Source of the DNA: Balanoglossus misakiensis
Lineage: Eukaryota > Animalia > Hemichordata
Assembly: GCA_040954595.2 (NCBI GenBank)
Contig: CM082582.2
Coordinates: forward strand, 8,514,425-8,578,424
DNA: 64,000 nucleotides
Direction of reading: 5' to 3'
Below are positions 55,701-64,000 of the stretch, one piece after another (positions within the stretch are counted from its first letter, which is position 1; each line of letters begins with the position of its first letter). The translations under genes and the position numbers were made by a program. The notes under the pieces are model-generated. The model was not told where the DNA came from, searched no databases, and saw only the letters and a list, made by a program, of their open reading frames with translations.

Positions 55701-58700
55701 TCATTTCAGGAAAGCTTTGTAGAGTAAAGCTGATTTTTTCGTTTCTTGTTCCTGTTCCAACAGAAAGATTAGGTCCCTGAGATTGACACGTTTTACTCGT
55801 TTCAGCTGAAAAGAAAAAAAGAAACACAGAAAAATATAGCCTTGGGGGTAAGGGGGAAATAATGGCAAAACCCAGCATTATTTATGTGATCACTCACTCA
55901 CTCATTCAATCTTCATTGTGTGTAATTCTCTGATAAAGAAAGGTCACATTTTAAAAAAATTATGACTGTTTCCTCCGTCATTTAGTTTTGAATTGTTTAG
56001 AACAAAACTACAAGAAATGCTTTGCCAGCTGTCATTTTTCTCTTTCATTTGTTTGCAGACACCATATCCACCTGGGACAACCCACTGCCAATCTTACCTG
56101 TGGTCTGCTCGACACTGTCGATGATGAACCCCCACTACCGTTACCATTGCTACCCTGTCAATGTGAAAAACACAGCAATATAAATTTTGTATTTTTTTGA
56201 CAGGCTTGGGGACAAATAGCAGGACTGTCCAACTCAGGAAAAGAGAAACATATGAGAGACAGAGTCATGATGTTTTGTTATTAAGGACTGTCTTCCAGCT
56301 GAAGACAAACATACATGTATCATTATATGGAGCTGTGGCTTGCCACTAGGTGGCGCCCCAACTCAAAAGAGGTCAGCTTACAGCTCACCATCACCATACA
56401 TGTAGGTCTTGTAACAGAGTTCTTGAAAACAATGTTATTTTGAAAGCAAATTGGTAACACCTCCACAATATCACTACAGCCACTACACCGTACCACTTTG
56501 TACAAAACAGCCAACAACTTTCAACTGACCTGTGCCAGAGAAGACGATGAGCTGCCTGGTACCGGTGAGTCCAATTTCCTCTTTTTCCTTGGACCGATGG
56601 CCGCTAATGCTGTCATGTTGGCGTCTCGCTTCCTCATCTGCTCCATCTCCATCTGTTGCATTTCTTTGGCTTTCTGCTTCAACCTCAGCTGTTCGGGGTC
56701 TTCCTGTCTCGACCGACTCTGGAAAAAAAACATCGCAAATGAGTGTGAAAACTGGGTAATGCCACACGCTTCAAAGAAGAACCTACAGATCACACAGTAA
56801 CTTACAGCATGTGGAAAGAAAGACGACACAACTTACTTTGGCAGCCCGGAGTAACATTTCCCTCTCTTGCTCATCGTGTCGTTTCCTTTCCAACGCGTCC
56901 AACTGTTCTAAGAATTTTAATTTTGATTTGACGTCTGATGTAACATCATACCTGGAATCATTCTGTGGAGAGAGTGACCATGGAATAAGGTAATGCTGAC
57001 ACAGGTGCACACTGGGTAATGTGGTGCACACTGGGTAATGTTTTCTCATTGCCCTTGATACAACATGTATACACAATAGTATTTTAGCATACTATTTTGA
57101 ATACTGAACTTAGTCAAACAACTGGAAACTATAGTATGATAAAAAGCTTAAGCACCATGAGATACACACAGGTTCTCACGTCGTGCCGTCAACTTACTTT
57201 GTAAATTTCCATCCGATGCTGTGCTATTAATGCTAACTTTCCTATGAGGTTTTTCAGCCTTTCCTGCGTGGCATGTGACACTATATTACAGATCTCGGCT
57301 GACGGTTCGTCGAGGCCGTGTTTCTTGGCTGCAAGGGAAATCGAGCTGTCAGAAAACCTGTTGTCTGTGATGCATGCATGCACGGACACGCACGCACATA
57401 CACACACATGTGCGCACACACAGGGAATGTTAGGACTTAAATGAAAACATAATGGTGAGATCATCACCTTTTCAAAACTATTTGAACAATAATCAAAGGT
57501 GAGTTCAGTGAAGAAACACCTCAACAAACACCAGTCTATTTTTTTTTATTAAACTGCAGTTTTGAACTGTAAAAAAGTAGAAAGTGAAACTCATACAACT
57601 AATAAACATACGTTGATTATTTTGAATGCATTGTATGGTTGACTGATCAGTATTATGGTTTTAATATCTAGACCCAACTAGTCAAGTAATGGATGAAGAT
57701 CTTACCAATTTCAGCTAATTTTCTTTGCAACGGTGATATATGGAGGAACATTTCATCTTTGCACGAACGGACTTGTGTGCCGATGAACTCCGCATTGGTT
57801 GCTAGGATACGAGCGCTCTCCTCCGAAAGGTTCACACCGGCCATTGATGCCACATCATTGATGTCGTCATCGTCCCTGAAAATCACCACCGTGGAGATTC
57901 ACGTTCAGTATGTTGTTTTATCCTTCGTTCAAGTTCACTTTTAATGATCAAACTGATTGGGGCAGTGTTTAGGACAATCTAATTATGCTAAAGGTAGCAA
58001 TGCATGTGAATGCAAGGATTTAAGGGCCAAGAATAATATGTAGTCAAACTTTTTCCACCACCACATTATGGAACAACCCTCACAGTTTCAAATGGTGTGG
58101 GAGGACCCCATCATAGGAAAGAAGGGGTGGTGAGGTGACCCACACCCACCCCTCAAACTGTTGCTGCACATACCTAAATGTCGATGAGTATTTTGATTTG
58201 TCTTTATGACTCTGGGGAGTAGAAGCCACTGTGGTTATTGCTGTGCGACCTTTGAGGTGATGCTTGATTCCCGCCAGCTGATTGGCGGTCGTCATGACGC
58301 CCGTCGTGGTCCCGTGCTGCGACACCACGATGTGCCGGATGCCGCCCTGCTGCGTCTTCACCTGGTGGTGGTGCTGCTGCGCCTTCAGGAGTTGGTCCTG
58401 CTGCAGTTTGAGCTGTTGCAGCTTCTGCTGCTGTTGCAGCTGCTGCAGTTGCTGGTGTGTGATGGTGACCGTGGTGGGCCCCGCCGTCGTCATGGCTACA
58501 GTGGGCGTGGTGGTCACGCCCGACGACACCATCCCCGTGGTGCTCACTAAGAGGTTCGGCGGCCGCAGTCCTTGTATGGGTGTTTTGTGGAGGGTCTGCC
58601 TTAGTAAAGGCAAGCTCCTCTGTAAATGAGAGAAGGAAAGAGAATTAGACACCGACTGAAGCCGTCAATTCAACAGGTCAACAGGGGTCAGGGTGCAAAG

Positions 58701-61700
58701 GGTTAATCCTGAATTGGATTCTCAGATAGTTAACCTTTTCTCTTACACAGAGAACTTAGGGTAAGAAAGTTGACATATGTAACACAATCACCTACCTTAA
58801 GGAATGGTACTAAGTATGGCTGAGGTGAAGATTTTAATTCTTTTTGTAACTGCAAGGTGAAATCTTCTGGTTGAATTTTATCATCCTAAAAAGAGAGAGA
58901 AAAGGCAGGTGTGAATGCACCAAAGTTGTGATTCTGACACCAATAAAGTCTAGTTTGTGTAAAACAAGTCCTTGTTCTTGTTTTATCAGGAACTTGCCAC
59001 TAAGACTAGCTAACAGAATGTGGCAAAAGTTTGACCTGTTTTCTTGAAAGCAAAACATTACAGATTTTAAAGCTCGCATACTTGTTGATACACAGAACAA
59101 CACTGTTAACCTGGAAACTACCCTAACTGCCTGGGTACATTTAAAAATTAACTGATGTTATTGCTCAAGTCTGGACTTGTATTCAATTATCATCAATTAC
59201 AGTAATTGCAAACTGTACACACATGGGTATTTCATTCCGGTTTTAGTGTTAGGGATTACGAAATGCACAAAACAAGAAAATTACGGTTATCAATAGATAC
59301 AGCATGGAAATATAAAAGACTGAAACAAGCAATGTACACATCACAGCTTTGTGACAATGTCCACGCAGCGGAACTGACGGAAAAAGACATGTCAGCCACA
59401 GTATTAGTGTTTAATGGCTGGCTGAGGAGATACAAGTCCCTTGAAGGACAAAATTCTCATGTTTTCGACTGCATCACCACTACAGATTCAAGTTCAGGAG
59501 CATTACACACTCCAGACTACATTAAGCCACTGTCATGACCAATGAATCCGAGGAAGTACTTACTATAAGACTTTGTACAAGTTCTTTCACATTTTTTATC
59601 GTCTCTGGAGGTTGATTGGATGCTAATTTAATGAGTGTGGTCAGGAAGTTCCGACACTTCTTCACATTTTCCATGGCTGATTGCGATACTACATTAGTTT
59701 GCTGTGCCATCGGGACAGTCGTGTTTACTGCGTTCACGTTCGTGACCCCGGCGGTCGTCGCCGTGGCAACTACACGGCTCCCCGCCACCGCGGTCGTGGC
59801 CACCGTCACACCGGCCGACATGGCGCTCTGCGGCGTGCTGGTCGTGGCCGCCGCTGCGTGGGCGGCCGCCACCGACATGGCCTTCTGTACATGTTGAACC
59901 CCTATGACAATGGGCGTGGCAGTCTGTATTTGCTGGCCTGGCTGGGTGGTGGTGGTCTTCTGAAGGGTTCCCTGTGGCACGACCGACTGTACAACCTGCG
60001 GCTGTCCTGTTGATTGCTGAACCGAGACCTGCTGTGGCTGTGCCGTTACAACTTGGGCTCCTGGCTGTAAATCATTAAAAATAAATATAGAAATAGTCAA
60101 GACAATTTTACAAGGCATGGCTTTTGGGCAACTAGTACTATTACTACTTCAGTTTTATGACTGCATGTGTGTACAACTAAAAGGCACACAGTTTCTCAAA
60201 TTATTCAGGGTCAACTTTGACCTCTTGTCTACAGAAAGCCAGCTTATTCATTTTCTTGCTTACAAGTCAAAGATTGTCATTTGGCCAGGTAAACCTTTTT
60301 TTTGCATCTCAGAAATGTCCTTGTATCCAGTAACTCAACAAGCTCACCAGTGATGCAAAGGAAATTATCCATTCACGTAGGGCTGACGCAATACAGAAAA
60401 TTTATATAAATTCTCAAACTAACCCAAAGCTTTCAAAAGCTGTGTGTTTGTTTGAGGGCTCACTGTCATAGAGCACTAACATCCATCATTACTATCGAAG
60501 ACAACAGATACCAATCTGCAGAACTGATAGACCATCAGGGCAGTTGATTTGACTTGTGAAACCAACAAGTGAATCAACTGAACAGCTTATCAGGTTTCAG
60601 TTATCATGTAGCCAGAACATACACACAAAAAGACACGTCACAGATATGTACCTGTCTGGACATATGGACAAAGTTGGTTTTGAAACCACATGTATATGTA
60701 TATAACAGATATTATTTCTTGAATAATTTGATAAAATATGAAAAAAATGACGAAACATGCATGTAAATGCAAAATCAACTAATGCCCTTTTCATGAACAC
60801 CACATTAATACAGAAATGTGCTGGAAACGATATTGCTATTTTATTTTTACTGCTGGATTGGCCCTATTTTTGATTCTGGAATCTGCATGTATAATTTAAA
60901 AATTACCCCCAGCTATTTTCCAATTTTAAAACCCACTGCAAAATGAAACTGTCTAAGCTGTGTGAAAATAAGCAATCAAATTTCTGAGCCAGCTTTGTCA
61001 GGAAAAATGAAACCTGAGATGGCTGAAATTTTCATGACACAGCAGTGATACCGTAAGTCCCAGGCCTATGCCTGTGGGGACTAAAAAACCCAGTACAACT
61101 TAACCACTTGGAACATACTATCTCAATTTTTTAGAATCATATTCTTCTAGTCAATGTTCTCAATCTTTCTAGTTAATACTAGTGCTAGTCTTTATTTTTC
61201 TACTTATGACTGCCTGGATGGTGTTAAAGGTCACCAAGGGGGTTAAAGGTGAAAAGGGTTACACCACCAGTGCCTCCATCCTGCTGGCAAGCATACATAC
61301 AACACAAGATATCAACTTCACGGGAAGGAACACTTTACCATATGATCATTTTATTCCTCTATGACAAGGCACAAGCAGTAGCTTGACTCATTGCCAATGG
61401 AAAGTCATGCAATGAATAAGTTCAAACTGGTAGTGTAGGGACCTTGTCACTTTTCAACAACCCAGAAATAAGAATTTGGATTGATGGGAAGCCACACAAA
61501 TGCACAGGAAGTTAACAACTCCTTGGCAACCAGCGGAGTACCAGTGTCACCATATTTCCCGTCAGGCATATTTGTATTGTAAGCTGCTGTGAGGTGCAAG
61601 AAAACTTGGTATGTCTAGTAGCTTACCTGTACTGTGGTAAATCTGTAGGTCGCTGGACTGGTGACATTCTGCCTGGGGTGTAGAGCCCCAGCAACAGCCG

Positions 61701-62901
61701 CATTCTGAATCAACTGCATGCCGCCCCCTTCCTGTTTGACGAGGACCATTCCCTGCGGTAAATTCATCCCTGGCTGGACCGTAACCCCAGTGGGGCGTGG
61801 TGCGATCGCCTGGGGTACTGCGGCTATCCTGATGGGCGTCGTGACCACACGCGGGGCCAGCTTTTGATGCATCTGTGGCTGCGTTGTCGTGATCACACGT
61901 GTGGTGCTTCCCGTCAGAGCCGTTGTTGGCAATGTAATCGTACCCTGGCCAGCCACGTTCACCGTCACATACTGCGGACTGTTGCTAATAGTGTTTTTCA
62001 AACTAGTGACTGTAGTCTGAGGCACTGCGATAGTTTGCTGCGTCTGCACTTTGCCAGGTTCCTGTTTTAGAATCACATGCTGGGGTACACTCGTCTGGGG
62101 CTTTGTCACACTGTTCTGTTGCTGGGCCTGGGCAAGTTGTTCCCGCACGGTTAGTTTCCCAGGTGTGGCAATCTTAGTGTTCAGCGAGTGAGCGCTTGTT
62201 GTAGGCACAGTTGTTGATACGTTCGTCTGAATACCTTGTGTGGTTACAATTCGCAATACAGTTGGAGTGGAAGAAGTGTTGACAGTGCTTGTATTCGCCA
62301 TAACATTTCCTGGGGCGCTAACGTTACTTACAACTGTTCTGGCACCAATAACCGGTGCTGTAGACGTCACCGTGACACCTTTGGTGACGCCGGGGAGGAG
62401 GTTCACATTGGCTAAATTCTGTGTGGCCAATACCTGCCTCCCCGAAGCAGTGGGCAAAGTTATTATCCGAACACACGTTGTTGGTGTTGTTGTCCCACTG
62501 GTCGCCTGTGCTTGAGGTTTTGTTGTTGGGGCTACTACAGCTGTCGGCGTAGCGCCCACCGATGACACCACGACTGAATTAATCGTCACCGGTTGGCTGG
62601 TAGCACTATTTTTCGCCTGATCGACAACAGTTAAGGGAGAGTTCGACAATGAATTACTATTGCCATTTGTGCCTGCTTTTTGTGCTGGCTGTGTCGATTT
62701 CGATTGCAATATATTAGCAGTAGAAATCGTTGCGCTACCTACGTGATTGTTGCCAACCGAATTCGTTGAAACTTGGCCTGGTTGTACACCAACACTTTGT
62801 GACGCGAGGTGAGCTTCCAGAGAGCCAACCAAGGCATTGACGGCACTCTCATCTATATCTGAAGTAAAAATCTCTTCCAGCGAAGAGTCCGCCGACGCCA
62901 T
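55701..62901 (-). CDS. TAF4: TFIID subunit 4, ~1029 aa
   Basis: Exons 62901-61627, 60064-59564 (TAFH: ENVKKCRNFLTTLIKLAS), 58885-58796 (ELKSSPQPYLVPFLK), 58619-58174, 57875-57706 (DDDDINDVASMAGVNLSEE), 57328-57198 (histone fold: VSHATQERLKNLI), 56962-56837, 56718-56530 (RDANMTALAAIGPRKKRK), 56154-56098, 55805-55701 (RVNLRDLIFLLEQE..LLYKAFLK*). Confidence 0.96.
56341..56357 (+). promoter_or_regulatory. CTCF-consensus site (CCACTAGGTGGCGC) in a TAF4 intron
   Basis: Matches the CCASYAGRKGGCR core consensus; binding is untested. Confidence 0.45.
57004..57041. repeat. Perfect 19-bp tandem duplication (GGTGCACACTGGGTAATGT x2) in a TAF4 intron
   Basis: Copies at 57004-57022 and 57023-57041. Confidence 0.9.
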
Positions 62902-64000
62902 CTTGAATCGGATATGTGCAGTTACTGAATAACTGCGCAGTCTCAGTTCGCAAAGGATGATGGGTAGTCTGTCGTGTGCCCGCCCTCAAGGTCGACCGTT
63001 GAAATATATTCACCTGGATTTTGGGGCGTAATTATTCAAAGTTGCAAACTGTTACCGGCGTTTATGATTTAGCGTCTCTATAAAGTCGCAAATTTCCAAT
63101 TAACCAGCTTTAAATGGGGAACATCGCATACAGAGAAATTATAAAACAATGAATTACATTTATGGTTGTCGCCCATTATCAGAAGGGGAGATTGCATGTT
63201 TTGTAATGCATGTTGAAGCATGTTTCTTTACATTTATACAATATCAAACATGGTCCCTCCTAGTCTAGACTAGGTCCCTCCAGGACCGTGAATTTGATTT
63301 TCTCGAGCGACAGAGAAATGTAAAGTTCAAGTGTTTATTTCCCATGTCGAATCAAATGCAATAAAGATCGATTTACTTTGGAACTTTGGAAGAATCTGAT
63401 AAACATACTACATGTAGTATATACGGACCGCAAAAAAGCGTAAAACTGAGGTCGGTCATAGACAACAGAAGTAATATTTTAGTAAAAGCCGTCCACGTAT
63501 CAATCGTGGTGGTTGTTTTTCCATACGTATTGTATACTGCGAACACAAGCACCTTGATTTTTTAAGGCGCAAAGAAAAATAATCATATATTTCTTCTCCG
63601 TCGCTCAGCCTAGCCGACAGTTATAACTTACGTTTAAAAATCGGCATATGGGCTATCGTTTCAGCTCAAAACAAACTCTTGGAAAATGATCTTATATTTA
63701 GATTTTGAAAAATAAAAAACACAAGTTGGTTATCCGGTTCTGGCCTACTGGTAGGCCTACCGTACTCCAAGTAGATTTTCCCAAGATAGCAAACTTTCTT
63801 GTATGTTATGTTATCATTTATGTGAATCATTCGGGGGAATACAAGGTTTAGATTGGACGAACAGCAAATAATACCACAAAACACTCAAAATATGAAGTCA
63901 TCACAAACTTTCAAAGAATGAGCGCATGACAATGGCATGCGACATGATGAAAAAGTGTAGCAAGAAATAATGTTTCTAGTACTAGTATTTTCAAGACAAC

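Overview
Eukaryotic (animal) genomic DNA with GT-AG spliceosomal introns. The gene content and exon structure suggest an invertebrate deuterostome such as an acorn worm, amphioxus or echinoderm; this is inference only. Most short ORFs in the track are noise. Manual exon assembly gives nine protein-coding genes in this order: the 3' end of an FGFR-like receptor tyrosine kinase (+, with a ~0.95 kb (TATC)n array in an intron); an uncharacterised 389-aa protein with a PY motif, a PH/GRAM-like region and a Cys-rich segment (+); an essentially intronless ~570-aa orphan with duplicated winged-helix-like motifs (-); PSMA7 (-) head-to-head with SS18/SS18L1 (+); GLG1 (+, 23 coding exons); LSM14 (-); KCTD1/15 (+, single coding exon, extreme GC3); and TAF4 (-). 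Main points of interest: the PSMA7-SS18-LSM14-KCTD1/15-TAF4 block matches gene neighbourhoods split over human 20q13/18q11/19q13; the two uncharacterised genes at 3.7-8.7 kb; a 190-codon stretch of KCTD with ~99% G/C-ending codons; and candidate AP-2/RFX/CTCF sites around KCTD. No rRNA, tRNA, CRISPR array or intact transposase was recognised.
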